Positions 1 through 11,702 of a stretch of 41,633 nt of DNA are shown in pieces (the first letter of the stretch is position 1; each line of letters begins with the position of its first letter). Origin of the DNA: an uncultured Clostridia bacterium (GTDB lineage Bacteria > Bacillota > Clostridia > TANB77 > CAG-508); contig CANRAM010000003.1 of the NCBI GenBank assembly GCA_947628605.1, positions 1-41,633 of the forward strand, read 5' to 3'. The notes beneath the pieces were generated by a model. That model made no database searches, was not told where the DNA came from, and saw nothing but the letters and a program-made list of their open reading frames with translations. Made by a program: the position numbers and the translations under genes.

Positions 1-227
1 AAAAAATTGATAAAGTAATATTGAAACAAGCAATATATGCTACTTTTCAAAATAGAAATACAGAAAATGATTTGAAAGACATAGAACGTATAATAGAAAC
101 TATTATAAAAGATAAAACATTACATACTTCATGGGCTGATTACAAGGACAAGCACAGTTATGCAAAAAATATAGACTTGAAAGATATAATTAATGCAATT
201 GAATTTATAAAAAATGAGATTAAATGA
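1..227 (+). CDS. 3' end of a probable AbiEii-family nucleotidyltransferase toxin (type IV TA), truncated by the window start
   Basis: The frame is open from base 3 to TGA at 227. The C-terminus (LKQAIYATFQNR...W.DYKDKHSYAKNI) resembles Firmicute AbiEii tails; this is recognition from memory, not a search. Confidence 0.5.
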   Translation, partial: KIDKVILKQAIYATFQNRNTENDLKDIERIIETIIKDKTLHTSWADYKDKHSYAKNIDLKDIINAIEFIKNEIK

Positions 228-410
228 GGAATAATAGAAAACAGATTAACTTTTTTAAAATTTTTTAGATATTTTTTAGATATTCAAACACAAACAAAAA
301 ACCAATGGCTTGAAACCATTGATTTTACTGGTGAACCGAAACTTTCTAAATCCGAAATTTGACAACAAAAAAATACATCTTTAGCTTTTCCGCTATTTAA
401 GTATTGCTTA

Positions 411-761
411 TTATGCTACTTTTATTCCTGTATCAATTATTTCTTGAACAAAAGGATTTCCTTCTTCAAAGTCTTCTACTTTTATAGGATGTGGTTCTAT
501 TCTTAAATCTATATTTCGTGTTAGCATCATAAGTTCAACCATTAAATCAAAAACATTATTATCACTATTAATAATAATTGCTACATCTATATCACTATCT
601 TCAGTATTTGTTCCCTTAGCGCAAGAACCAAATAAATACACTGCTTTAATGCTAAAATGTTTTGATATTTCTTTAATATATTCTTCTACATTTTCAAGAA
701 TTTCTATATCAACATTTTCTTTACTTTCAATCCAATAATTCATTAAATCTATATTATTCAT
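411..761 (-). CDS. Minimal nucleotidyltransferase (MNT, antitoxin-type) with a HEPN-like N-terminal stub
   Basis: YLFGS.AKG...DSDIDVA MNT motif and IEPHP...NPFVQEI tail. ATG at 761 follows an AGGTG RBS at 771-775. Confidence 0.8.
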   Translation of the reverse strand: MNNIDLMNYWIESKENVDIEILENVEEYIKEISKHFSIKAVYLFGSCAKGTNTEDSDIDVAIIINSDNNVFDLMVELMMLTRNIDLRIEPHPIKVEDFEEGNPFVQEIIDTGIKVA

Positions 762-790
762 AATTATTATCACCTTTTTTAATATAATAA

Positions 791-835
791 ATCCACTATA
801 TTATCAATTTTATACGAATTAATAATATAGTGGAT
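791..835. terminator. 14-bp perfect inverted repeat downstream of the tRNA
   Basis: ATCCACTATATTAT (791-804) pairs with ATAATATAGTGGAT (822-835). Confidence 0.55.
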
Positions 836-865
836 AACTTATACTGGGTTCGTATAAGACTTTCT

Positions 866-942
<77 letters not shown>

Positions 943-960
943 ATTTGAAGTACACCAATA

Positions 961-989
961 ATATTAGCACAAAAAATAGCCTGTGTCAA
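961..989 (-). promoter_or_regulatory. Sigma-A-type promoter of tRNA-Arg
   Basis: Minus strand reads TTGACA-N17-TAATAT with an extended TG. Confidence 0.6.
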
Positions 990-1080
990 TCAAAATAGAA
1001 TAAAAAATAAAAAAATATAGACTAACTATATGAAAAAATACAAAAATAGTATACAATATAATATATAAAGGAGATTAAAT

Positions 1081-1800
1081 ATGAAACAAGAAAGCAAGAA
1101 AATAACTATGCACGAAATAATATGGAATACCGTCATATTTAGTATAATAGGTCTAATAATAGAAACACTATTTTGTTATGCAACAACAGGCGTAATTGAG
1201 TGTAGAAAAGGATTAATATGGGGTCCATTATGTCCTGTATATGGTGTAGGAGCGACAGTACTAATAACACTATTAAAACAATATAAAAATAGTACTATAA
1301 AACTATTTTTATTAGGATGCATATTAGGAAATATAGTAGAATACACATTAAGTTATATGTTAGAAGCAATGTATGGAACCAGATTTTGGGATTATTCATA
1401 TATTAGACTAAACTTAAATGGAAGAATATGCATTAAATACTCAATGTTTTGGGGAATACTTGCAGTATTATTAATAAAATTAATAGAACCACCAATAAAT
1501 AAATTAATAAATAAAATACCGCAAAGTAAAAGAAAAATAATAGATATAGCAGTAGTAACATATTTAGCAATAGACTGTATAGCAACAGTATGGGGAATAC
1601 AAGCATATCAAAAAAGAGTAGACAATCAAATAAACAAAATATCAAAACAACAAGAAGGAAATATACAAAAAATAAAAACAAAAATAGAAGATACACTATT
1701 CTCAAATGAAAAAATGAAAAAAACATTTCCAAATTTAAGATATGTAGATAGCACAAAACAACAACACTATATAAAAGAAATCCTAGAAGCAAATGAATAG
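1081..1800 (+). CDS. Putative ABC transporter permease (CmpB/PF06541-like membrane protein)
   Basis: GPLCPVYG, RFWDYS and LNGRIC motifs; several TM helices; AAGGAG RBS. Confidence 0.8.
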   Translation: MKQESKKITMHEIIWNTVIFSIIGLIIETLFCYATTGVIECRKGLIWGPLCPVYGVGATVLITLLKQYKNSTIKLFLLGCILGNIVEYTLSYMLEAMYGTRFWDYSYIRLNLNGRICIKYSMFWGILAVLLIKLIEPPINKLINKIPQSKRKIIDIAVVTYLAIDCIATVWGIQAYQKRVDNQINKISKQQEGNIQKIKTKIEDTLFSNEKMKKTFPNLRYVDSTKQQHYIKEILEANE

Positions 1801-1802
1801 CA

Positions 1803-2618
1803 CTAGGATTTTTTAAATTTGTTCAAAACCATAATAACATCTTCAAAAGAACCATTATCAGTCAAAACAACGTCAAAAGCATCCATATAAAACTCAAAAT
1901 TAGTATCAACCATCTTATCTAAAAAACCGAAACACAAACATTTATCTAAATCTTTTTTTGGAATCATAGATAAATCCTCAATTAAATCACCAAAAAGCAA
2001 AGCGTGTTTTTTCTTACGGAAAGTCGAATTACAAGCATTATTAGCACACTCTAAACTCTTATTACACGAATGAATCATAAACTTATTGTATTTTAACATA
2101 TTACCATCATCAGAAAAATCTATAAAATTACTAACAATATCAATATTATCATATAAGCAATCATTAATACGTAACAAATTATAAATAACATTTCCAATAC
2201 CAGCAGACAAAATAATAACAGGAATATTATTATCATATAACCCCTTTAAAAACTTTTTAAAACCTTGCCTAAAATGAACATTAGCATTACAAACACACAA
2301 ATCAAGAATATTTGAATTTAAACCATACTCATAGAATAAATTCATATTCTTTATATACCACTCTTGCAAATATTTAGATTTTGTAGAAAAATCCAAAGTA
2401 TAATCTAACTCATAAGGATAATATTTACTAGCAAGATTATGAGAAGCCTCTATAAACTTAGAACTCATAAATTTTGGATTCTCTAAAACACTCCAAGAAT
2501 TACTACTATCTTTAGTAGTGATAGTATTGTCAAAATCCAAAACAACATAAAAATCTAAACTAGATAAATTAATATTACAAAATTTTTTTTCATTAATATA
2601 AATCATAAAAATACACAA
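1803..2618 (-). CDS. HAD-family pyrimidine 5'-nucleotidase (UMPH-1/cN-III-like)
   Basis: DFDNTIT motif I, ILSAGIG motif II, IVSNF and LFGD motifs. Confidence 0.75.
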   Translation of the reverse strand: MCIFMIYINEKKFCNINLSSLDFYVVLDFDNTITTKDSSNSWSVLENPKFMSSKFIEASHNLASKYYPYELDYTLDFSTKSKYLQEWYIKNMNLFYEYGLNSNILDLCVCNANVHFRQGFKKFLKGLYDNNIPVIILSAGIGNVIYNLLRINDCLYDNIDIVSNFIDFSDDGNMLKYNKFMIHSCNKSLECANNACNSTFRKKKHALLFGDLIEDLSMIPKKDLDKCLCFGFLDKMVDTNFEFYMDAFDVVLTDNGSFEDVIMVLNKFKKS

Positions 2619-2700
2619 TCAGTTAAACACTGAAAAATTCTCCTTTTTTCAAAACTATAACAATTATATAGAAAAAAGGCAAAAAAAGCAATACAACAAA

Positions 2701-3321
2701 CTACACAAAAAAATCAATTAAAAGGCGAATAAATCCAATCGCTCCAAAAACAATAAAAATCAAACCAGATAAAAAATTCATTGTTTTATTAGAAAGCTTA
2801 CTACTTAAAAACTTACCAAACAAAATAGCAATAGAATCACTTGTAACCATACCTAAAACAGCACCCAAAATTAAAAACAACTTAAAATTTGGATACCCAA
2901 TACCAAGACCTAAAGATGCAAGAAAAGTTTTATCCCCAAGTTCACCAACGGCGATAGATAAAGCAATAATAAGCAAATAACTAATACCCAAATTAGAAAT
3001 CTTCTTTAAAATACCAGTTTTAGATGAACTATCACTATCTTCAACATTCATAAAAGCAAAAATACCAAAAAGCAAAAAAGAAAAATAAGTAATAAACTCC
3101 AAAGCCGAATGAAGCCACATATTATCAACATTTCCCAAAGCACTGCCAAACAAAATAGCCAATCCGTGACTAAGAAAAGAACCAAGAGCTACACCCATTA
3201 AAATAGTAAAACTTTTAATTTTAGAAGAAAAAGACAAAACAAGTAATTGTGTCTTATCGCCTAATTCAGACATAAAAACAATAAAAAAAGACACAAAAAA
3301 AGGGTATAAAAAATCCATCAC
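2701..3321 (-). CDS. TMEM165/GDT1 (UPF0016) cation transporter
   Basis: Two ELGDKT motifs in a hydrophobic protein. Confidence 0.9.
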   Translation of the reverse strand: MMDFLYPFFVSFFIVFMSELGDKTQLLVLSFSSKIKSFTILMGVALGSFLSHGLAILFGSALGNVDNMWLHSALEFITYFSFLLFGIFAFMNVEDSDSSSKTGILKKISNLGISYLLIIALSIAVGELGDKTFLASLGLGIGYPNFKLFLILGAVLGMVTSDSIAILFGKFLSSKLSNKTMNFLSGLIFIVFGAIGFIRLLIDFFV

Positions 3322-3490
3322 ACATCACCTATATAATAAATATGAAAAAATCAAAAAAATATTCAAAAACAAATTTTGTGAAAAATGTGTGAAAAAAAAT
3401 TATTTTATGAAAATAATATTGAAAATATTTACGGAAAATGATAATATCGTAAAAGTTAATAAATTAAAATTGAGATAGGGAGGAATTAAA

Positions 3491-4471
3491 TTGATTGAAG
3501 TAAAAAATGTAACTAAAAAATACGGTAGCTTTACAGCAGTAGACAATATAAGCTTCAATATCAAAGAAGGAGAAATTGTAGGTTTACTAGGCCCAAATGG
3601 AGCAGGAAAAAGTACTACAATGAATATGCTTACAGGTTTTATAGAGCCAAATGAAGGTCAAATAATAATAGACGGCTATGATATGCTAAAGAAACCAAAA
3701 AAAGCAAAAAAACAAATAGGATATATGCCAGAAGGAGTACCACTATATAACGACCTAACAGTAAAAGAATTTATAAACTATATGGCCGACTTAAAAATGG
3801 TACCAAAAAAAGAGAAAAAAGAAAAAGTACAAAAAATAATAGAACAAACAAATTTAAAAGATGTACAAAATAAGCTAATAAGAAACATATCAAGAGGATA
3901 CAAACAACGTGTAAGTATGGCAGGAGCTCTAGTAGGAAGTCCAAAAATACTAATACTAGATGAACCAACAGTAGGTCTAGACCCAAAACAAATAACAGAA
4001 ATAAGAGCATTAATAAAATCATTTGGAAAAGACCATACAATCATATTAAGTTCTCATATACTATCAGAAGTAAGTCAAATATGTGAAAAAGTAATAATAA
4101 TAAATAAAGGAAAAATAGTAGCCGTAGACACACCAAACAACCTAGAAGAAAAAGTTAAAGAAGGAAATGTACTACAAATAACGGTAGAAGATAAAGAAGG
4201 AAAAATAGAAGAAGTAAGTAAAAATATTAAAGGAATAAAAGAAATTAAATTAATAAAAACAAATAGCGATAATACAAAAGAATACACAATAACATCAGAT
4301 AAAGAAACAGACCTAAGAAAAGAACTATTTGAAAAATATTCAAAAGAAAACATAACAATATTCGAACTAAAAAAAGCAGAATCAACACTTGAAGATGCAT
4401 TTATGAAATTAATAGAAAATAAAGACGAGGAGGGTAAGAAAAATGTGGGCAATACTAAAAAAAGAAGTTAA
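3491..4471 (+). CDS. ABC transporter ATP-binding protein (GldA-like)
   Basis: Walker A GPNGAGKST, signature ISRGYKQR, Walker B ILILDEPT, H-loop SSH. Confidence 0.92.
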   Translation: MIEVKNVTKKYGSFTAVDNISFNIKEGEIVGLLGPNGAGKSTTMNMLTGFIEPNEGQIIIDGYDMLKKPKKAKKQIGYMPEGVPLYNDLTVKEFINYMADLKMVPKKEKKEKVQKIIEQTNLKDVQNKLIRNISRGYKQRVSMAGALVGSPKILILDEPTVGLDPKQITEIRALIKSFGKDHTIILSSHILSEVSQICEKVIIINKGKIVAVDTPNNLEEKVKEGNVLQITVEDKEGKIEEVSKNIKGIKEIKLIKTNSDNTKEYTITSDKETDLRKELFEKYSKENITIFELKKAESTLEDAFMKLIENKDEEGKKNVGNTKKRS

Positions 4472-5123
4472 AAGTTATTTCCTATCACCAATAGGATATG
4501 TATTCATAGGATTATTCTTAGCAATGTGTAGTGTGTTCTTCTACTTAGACGTTGTTAACTACGGAAGTATGCAATTCGAGAATATGTTTTACTCATCAGC
4601 AACAGTACTAACATTTATAGTACCAATATTAACAATGAGAATGTTCGCAGAAGAAAGAAAAGTAGGAACAGAACAACTACTTATGACATCACCAAGAAGT
4701 ATAACAAGCATAGTATTAGGAAAATTTTTAGCAGCAGTATTTATAATAGTAATAACAGAAATTTGTACATTAGCATACCTTGCAATACTATTTATGTTCG
4801 GAACACCACAAATAAAAACAGTATTAGTAACATTATTAGGATTCTTAATGTTAAGTATGGCATACATATCATTTGGAATGTTTGCATCAAGCATAACAGA
4901 AAATCAAATAATTGCGGGAGTAGTAACAATAGGATTTTTTATAATAACGTGGTTTTTACCAAACTTCAGTGAACTTCTTACACCACTATCACTTATAAAT
5001 ATGTTTGATAAATTTCCATCAGGATTAATAGCACTAGAAGAACTTGTAACATATATAACATTCTCAGTATTCTTTATACTACTTACAATAATAACACTAC
5101 AAAGAAAAAAGAGTGTAAAATAG
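4443..5123 (+). CDS. ABC-2 type permease (GldF-like)
   Basis: TMRMFAEERK.GT..LL.TSP motif, about six TM segments, overlaps the ATPase gene. Confidence 0.88.
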   Translation: MWAILKKEVKSYFLSPIGYVFIGLFLAMCSVFFYLDVVNYGSMQFENMFYSSATVLTFIVPILTMRMFAEERKVGTEQLLMTSPRSITSIVLGKFLAAVFIIVITEICTLAYLAILFMFGTPQIKTVLVTLLGFLMLSMAYISFGMFASSITENQIIAGVVTIGFFIITWFLPNFSELLTPLSLINMFDKFPSGLIALEELVTYITFSVFFILLTIITLQRKKSVK

Positions 5124-5138
5124 GAAGGGCGTGAAAAA

Positions 5139-6584
5139 GTGAAAAAAATAATAGAGATATTAAAGAAAAAATGGTTAAGAGACACATCAAAAACCATAAT
5201 ATTAGTAGTAATCTTATTCGCAGTATTTATAGGTATAAATGTACTAATACAAAAAGCAGATATACAAGATATAGACCTAACAAAAAATAAATTATATACT
5301 TTATCAGATGTATCAATAAATCAAATAAAAGATATACAAAAAGATGTAAAAATATATGTAATTGGAATAGAAGAAGATTCAAGCATAGGAGACCTTGTAA
5401 AACAATATACAAGTAAAAACGAAAAAATTACTTATGAAATAATACCAGACATTCAAGATAGAGTAGACTTAAAATCAAAATATAACTTAGAAGATGAAAC
5501 ACAACTAATAATAGTAGAATCGGAAGAGAACAATAAAATATTAACAGCAAGTGACTTATACACATATGACTATACAACATATCAACAAATAGATATATCA
5601 GAAGAAAAAATAACAAATGCAATAGTAGACCTAACAATAGACGAAAAACCAAAAATATACTTCTTAACAGGTCACAATGAATACTCAATACAAAACCATA
5701 TGATATATCTAAACGCATATTTACAAAATGAAGCAAACGATGTACAAACATTAGACTTACTTGTAAAAGACCAAGTACCAGAAGATACTAGTTTACTTGT
5801 AATAGCAAGTCCACAAAAGGACATTTTAGATAAAGAAGTAGAGCAAATAACTAACTACATAAATAAAGGTGGAAAAATACTTTTCTTAAATGACCCTAAC
5901 TTTGAAGGTACAGAATTTCCAAATATGCAAAAAATCTTAGACCTATTTGGAGCAAGATTTGATGAAGGAATAATACTAGAACAAGACACAGACAAAATGG
6001 CTTTACAATCACCAAACTATATAATACCAAATATAGCATCAACAGAAGCAACAAAAGATATAGTAACAGATGGTGGAATATTGTTAATAAATGCAACAAG
6101 AATTTCATTAGCAGAAGCGGAAAAATTAGAAGAACTACAAGTAACAAGCCAAGATATATTAACTACAAGTGAAAAAGCATTATTTAGAAAAGAAGTAGAA
6201 AATACAAGCACAACCAAGATTGCATCAGATGAAGAAGGAAGCTTTACAGTAGGAACAAAATTAACAAAAAAAATAAATGATGAAACAAATTCAACAATGT
6301 ACCTAATATCAGATAACTTCTTCTTAGTAGACTACCCAATAACAATAGGAAATGCACAAATATATCCAATACAATTCTATAACAACAGAGACTATATTCT
6401 AAATACAATAGCAGAATTAACAGATAGAGAAGATACAATATCAATAAGAAAAGATACAGGTGTAATTACATATACAGCAACAGAAACACAAGATAGAATA
6501 ATAAGAATAATAATAGTAGCATATCCAACAATTATAATATTAATAGGAATTATAGTATGGATTATTAGAAGAAGAAAAAAATAA
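5139..6584 (+). CDS. GldG-like ABC transporter auxiliary protein
   Basis: DLT.NKLYTLS and YFLTGHNE motifs; N- and C-terminal TM helices; in operon with the ABC genes. Confidence 0.8.
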   Translation: MKKIIEILKKKWLRDTSKTIILVVILFAVFIGINVLIQKADIQDIDLTKNKLYTLSDVSINQIKDIQKDVKIYVIGIEEDSSIGDLVKQYTSKNEKITYEIIPDIQDRVDLKSKYNLEDETQLIIVESEENNKILTASDLYTYDYTTYQQIDISEEKITNAIVDLTIDEKPKIYFLTGHNEYSIQNHMIYLNAYLQNEANDVQTLDLLVKDQVPEDTSLLVIASPQKDILDKEVEQITNYINKGGKILFLNDPNFEGTEFPNMQKILDLFGARFDEGIILEQDTDKMALQSPNYIIPNIASTEATKDIVTDGGILLINATRISLAEAEKLEELQVTSQDILTTSEKALFRKEVENTSTTKIASDEEGSFTVGTKLTKKINDETNSTMYLISDNFFLVDYPITIGNAQIYPIQFYNNRDYILNTIAELTDREDTISIRKDTGVITYTATETQDRIIRIIIVAYPTIIILIGIIVWIIRRRKK

Positions 6585-6604
6585 ATTTAATATAAATAAA
6601 ACAA

Positions 6605-6639
6605 AAAACCTCTCATATAATATAAAAAAGAGAGGTTTT
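6605..6639 (+). terminator. Inverted repeat after the ABC operon, overlapping the next RBS
   Basis: AAAACCTCTC...GAGAGGTTTT followed by a T tract. Confidence 0.5.
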
Positions 6640-6644
6640 ATTTT

Positions 6645-7655
6645 ATGAAAAATACACTAAAAGTAGTATTAGTTATTGTAGGAACAATTATAGGAGCCGG
6701 ATTTGCATCAGGAAAAGAAATATACATATTTTTTGGAATATATGGAAAATATGCTATCACAAGCATAATAATATCACAAGCAATAATAGGGTTAATTATA
6801 TACAAAGTACTAAAAATAGTACAAAAAAGTGAAAAAGAAAATTATGAAGAATTAGTAAACAAGCTAACATACAATAAAACAATACAAGACGTAATAAAAA
6901 TAATAGTAAAAATATTTCTAGTAGTATCATTTTATGTAATGATAGCAGGATTTAGTGCATACTTTACACAAGAACTAAAATTACCAAGATTAGTAGGAAC
7001 AATAATAATAGGAATATTAAGCTATATAATATTTATGGGAAATATTGAAAGAGTAATACAAGTAAATGAAATATTAATGCCAGTATTAATAATATTCATA
7101 ATAATACTAGCAATAAAAAATATAAGCATAAACACAATACAATTACAAAACACCTCAAAAACGTTAATAGAAAGCATATACAAAGGAATACTGTACACAA
7201 GTTACAACAGCATAACGCTAATACCGATATTAATATCAATAAAAAAATATATAGGTAGCAAAAAGCAAATAAAACAAATATCAGTACTATGTGTAAGCAT
7301 ACTAGTATTGCTTGCTTTAGCAATACTAACTTTAATATTAAAAATAGATATAAACATAAACACAATAGAAATACCAACAGTATACATAGCAGCAAAAACA
7401 GGTACTATATATAAATATATATATGGAATAATAATGTTATCAGCAATACTAACATCAGCAGTATCAGCAGGATATGCAATTCTAGAAAATTATAACGATA
7501 ATCCAAAAAAATACAAAAAAACAGCAATTATGTTAGTTCTAAGCTCAATATTTGTGTCGAAATTAGGATTTTCAAATTTAATAAATATCCTATATCCAGT
7601 ATTTGGAGTATTGGGAATAGCCCAAATAATATTGATAATGCTTGTGAAAACATAA
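6645..7655 (+). CDS. YkvI-like polytopic membrane protein
   Basis: IGAGFASGKE N-terminal motif, LYPVFG C-terminal motif, about 10 TM segments. Confidence 0.75.
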   Translation: MKNTLKVVLVIVGTIIGAGFASGKEIYIFFGIYGKYAITSIIISQAIIGLIIYKVLKIVQKSEKENYEELVNKLTYNKTIQDVIKIIVKIFLVVSFYVMIAGFSAYFTQELKLPRLVGTIIIGILSYIIFMGNIERVIQVNEILMPVLIIFIIILAIKNISINTIQLQNTSKTLIESIYKGILYTSYNSITLIPILISIKKYIGSKKQIKQISVLCVSILVLLALAILTLILKIDININTIEIPTVYIAAKTGTIYKYIYGIIMLSAILTSAVSAGYAILENYNDNPKKYKKTAIMLVLSSIFVSKLGFSNLINILYPVFGVLGIAQIILIMLVKT

Positions 7656-7769
7656 GTAATTGTGTATACATTCGTATTATAAAGTAAAATTATATTCAAA
7701 AAATCTTGAAAAAAAACAAAAAAACTGATATAAAATAAGAAGAAAATATTAGGAGACAAGTTTGAAAAT

Positions 7770-8927
7770 ATGAAAATAAAAATAGAAGAAAATATAAAAA
7801 GAAAAATAAAAATAGGAATAATAATTCTATTAGGAATATTAATAATACTAATAACCTCATTATACTTAGGGAATCAGCAGTTTCGAACCTTTTTCAATAG
7901 ATATATACTAAGAAAAGAACTAATAGAAAATAATGTAATAAGAATAGACCTAACGACAATAGAAAATCCAAGCATATATGCATATGATAAATATATAGCA
8001 ATACTAAGTAAAAACCAATTAACAACATATTCAAGTACAGGAAAAAAAGAATACGAACACGAAATAGAAGTAAGCGATGCACTATTTGCATCAAACAATA
8101 GATTTCTAGCAATAGCACAAAAAAATGGCCAAAATGTATACTTAATATCTGAAACAAACTTAATATGGCAGGTAGAAGTTGAAGGTAATATACAAAAAAT
8201 AAACATAAACAAAAATGGATATGTATCAGTAATAACAACAGGAAACAGCTACAAAACAGTAGTAATTACATACAGTCCAGAAGGAAAAGAACTATTTAAA
8301 ACATACTTATCTAGTAGTATAGCAATAGATACAAGCATATCGTATGACAATAAATACTTAGCACTAGCAGAAATAGATACATCAGGAAGTACAATACAAT
8401 CAAGCATAAAAATTATATCACTAGAGAAAGCACAAAATACACCAAAAGAGTCAGTAATACAAAAACAAAAACAACAAGTGAACAGGTTAATAACAGATAT
8501 AGAATACCAAGACAAAAATAAAATATTAATACTATGTGACGACGGAATATATACATTAGACGAATCATCACAAAATCAAAAACTAGCATTTGAAAAAAGT
8601 AAAATAACATTTGCAAGTATAAATTTAAATAACTATATGGCATATAGTATAGAAAAAAAATCAGGATTATTTACAAATACTCAAGTAAATCTAAAAAATA
8701 TAAACACAGATAAAGAAAATATATATACCACAGGCGGAACAATAAAAGATATAAAAACAAGTACAAATAAAATAGCATTAAATTTAGGAAGTCAGGTAGA
8801 ATTTATAAACACACTTGGCTGGGAAATAAAAAAATATGTATCAGAAAAAGAAATAACCGACATAGTAATAGCAGATAACATAGCAGGAATTGTATATAAA
8901 GATAAAATAGAAATAATAAATTTATAA
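7770..8927 (+). CDS. Membrane-anchored beta-propeller-like protein (DUF5711-like)
   Basis: Single N-terminal TM followed by beta-strand repeats; lies next to cvpA. Confidence 0.6.
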   Translation: MKIKIEENIKRKIKIGIIILLGILIILITSLYLGNQQFRTFFNRYILRKELIENNVIRIDLTTIENPSIYAYDKYIAILSKNQLTTYSSTGKKEYEHEIEVSDALFASNNRFLAIAQKNGQNVYLISETNLIWQVEVEGNIQKININKNGYVSVITTGNSYKTVVITYSPEGKELFKTYLSSSIAIDTSISYDNKYLALAEIDTSGSTIQSSIKIISLEKAQNTPKESVIQKQKQQVNRLITDIEYQDKNKILILCDDGIYTLDESSQNQKLAFEKSKITFASINLNNYMAYSIEKKSGLFTNTQVNLKNINTDKENIYTTGGTIKDIKTSTNKIALNLGSQVEFINTLGWEIKKYVSEKEITDIVIADNIAGIVYKDKIEIINL

Positions 8928-8940
8928 AGGGGGAACAAGT

Positions 8941-9597
8941 ATGTCAATAATAATAGACTTAATATTAATAGGAATAATAGCAATAAGTACGTTTTTAGGA
9001 TATAAAAAAGGATTAATAGGAGTAGCGTTTAAAATAATATCATTTATAATAGCAATAGTAATAACATTAATACTATTCAAACCAATATCTAGTATAATAA
9101 TAAATAAAACAAAAATAGCATCAACAATAGAAGAAACAATAAATGAAAAACTATCATCAATACAAATAACAGGTGGAAAAATTGAAGAAGACACAAACTT
9201 ACCAAAGGTATTAGTAAACTATATAAATGATGAAGCAAGCCAAATGATAAATCAAACAGGGGAAACAATAATAAACACAGTATCAAAAAACTTAACAGAA
9301 ACAGCAATAAATGTAATAGTAATGATAGTAATATTTATAATAACAAGATTACTACTAATATTTGCAAAAGCAGTTTTAGAAACAGTAGCAGAACTACCAA
9401 TAGTAAAACAATTCAACGAAGTAGGCGGAGTGTTATATGGCTTATTAAGAAGCTTATTAATAATATATGTAGTTTTAGCGCTAATAAGCTTAATAATACC
9501 AGTTTTAAATAATACAAGCATACTAGAAAGCATAAATAATACATACATAACAAAAATGTTGTACAATAACAACTTAATATTAATGATATTCTTTTAA
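8941..9597 (+). CDS. CvpA family membrane protein
   Basis: IDL...GYKKGLI N-terminus and FN..GG..YG motif. Confidence 0.75.
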   Translation: MSIIIDLILIGIIAISTFLGYKKGLIGVAFKIISFIIAIVITLILFKPISSIIINKTKIASTIEETINEKLSSIQITGGKIEEDTNLPKVLVNYINDEASQMINQTGETIINTVSKNLTETAINVIVMIVIFIITRLLLIFAKAVLETVAELPIVKQFNEVGGVLYGLLRSLLIIYVVLALISLIIPVLNNTSILESINNTYITKMLYNNNLILMIFF

Positions 9598-9609
9598 AAC
9601 AAAAAAACA

Positions 9610-9640
9610 TAAACAATCCCCTGTAACAGGGGATTGTTTA
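9610..9640 (+). terminator. Rho-independent terminator
   Basis: TAAACAATCCCCTGT-A-ACAGGGGATTGTTTA hairpin just after the cvpA stop. Confidence 0.8.
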
Positions 9641-9675
9641 ACTTTTACTTTTTAGTAAAAAATATGTGACAAATC

Positions 9676-9704
9676 TTGATATTTCGACACAGGTTTGTTA
9701 TACT
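9676..9704 (+). promoter_or_regulatory. Sigma-A-type promoter of the LCP gene, with a Spo0A-box-like sequence in the spacer
   Basis: TTGATA-N17-TATACT; the spacer contains TTCGACA, the reverse complement of TGTCGAA. Confidence 0.5.
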
Positions 9705-9737
9705 TATAACAACTTAATAAAATTAGGAGTGAAAAAA

Positions 9738-11250
<1,513 letters not shown>

Positions 11251-11310
11251 AATTATAAAAGGTTTATAGGTAACCTTAGAAAAAACTAAATATCTAATAT
11301 GGAGGGCAAA

Positions 11311-11634
11311 ATGGAAAACGAATTACTAGAAAAAATTATTAAATTGCTAGAAGACAAAAAAGCGATAGATTTAAAAACAATGGATGTGAAGGAAAAAACA
11401 ACTTTAGCGGACCATTTTATAGTAGTAAGCGGAACGTCTATAACACACATAAGAGCATTAGCAGATAATGTAGAAATAGAGTTGAAAAAAGAAAATATTT
11501 ATCCAAATAAAATTGAAGGATATAATACTGAATGGATATTAATGGATTATGGAGATATAGTAGTAAATATATTTACAGATAAAGAAAGACAAAATTATAA
11601 TTTAGAAGAATTATATATGAACATAAATCAATAA
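11311..11634 (+). CDS. rsfS: Ribosome silencing factor
   Basis: EDKKA.D, AD.F....G.S..H, WIL.DYGD.VV.IF...R..Y.LE motifs; GGAGG RBS. Confidence 0.92.
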   Translation: MENELLEKIIKLLEDKKAIDLKTMDVKEKTTLADHFIVVSGTSITHIRALADNVEIELKKENIYPNKIEGYNTEWILMDYGDIVVNIFTDKERQNYNLEELYMNINQ

Positions 11635-11635
11635 G

Positions 11636-11681
11636 ATAAAATAATAAAAAACAATATTTTTATTGTTTTTTATTATTTTAT
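11636..11681. terminator. AT-rich bidirectional terminator hairpin
   Basis: 21-bp arms between the convergent rsfS and dac genes. Confidence 0.6.
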
Positions 11682-11702
11682 AAGTAGAACTATATTTATA
11701 AC

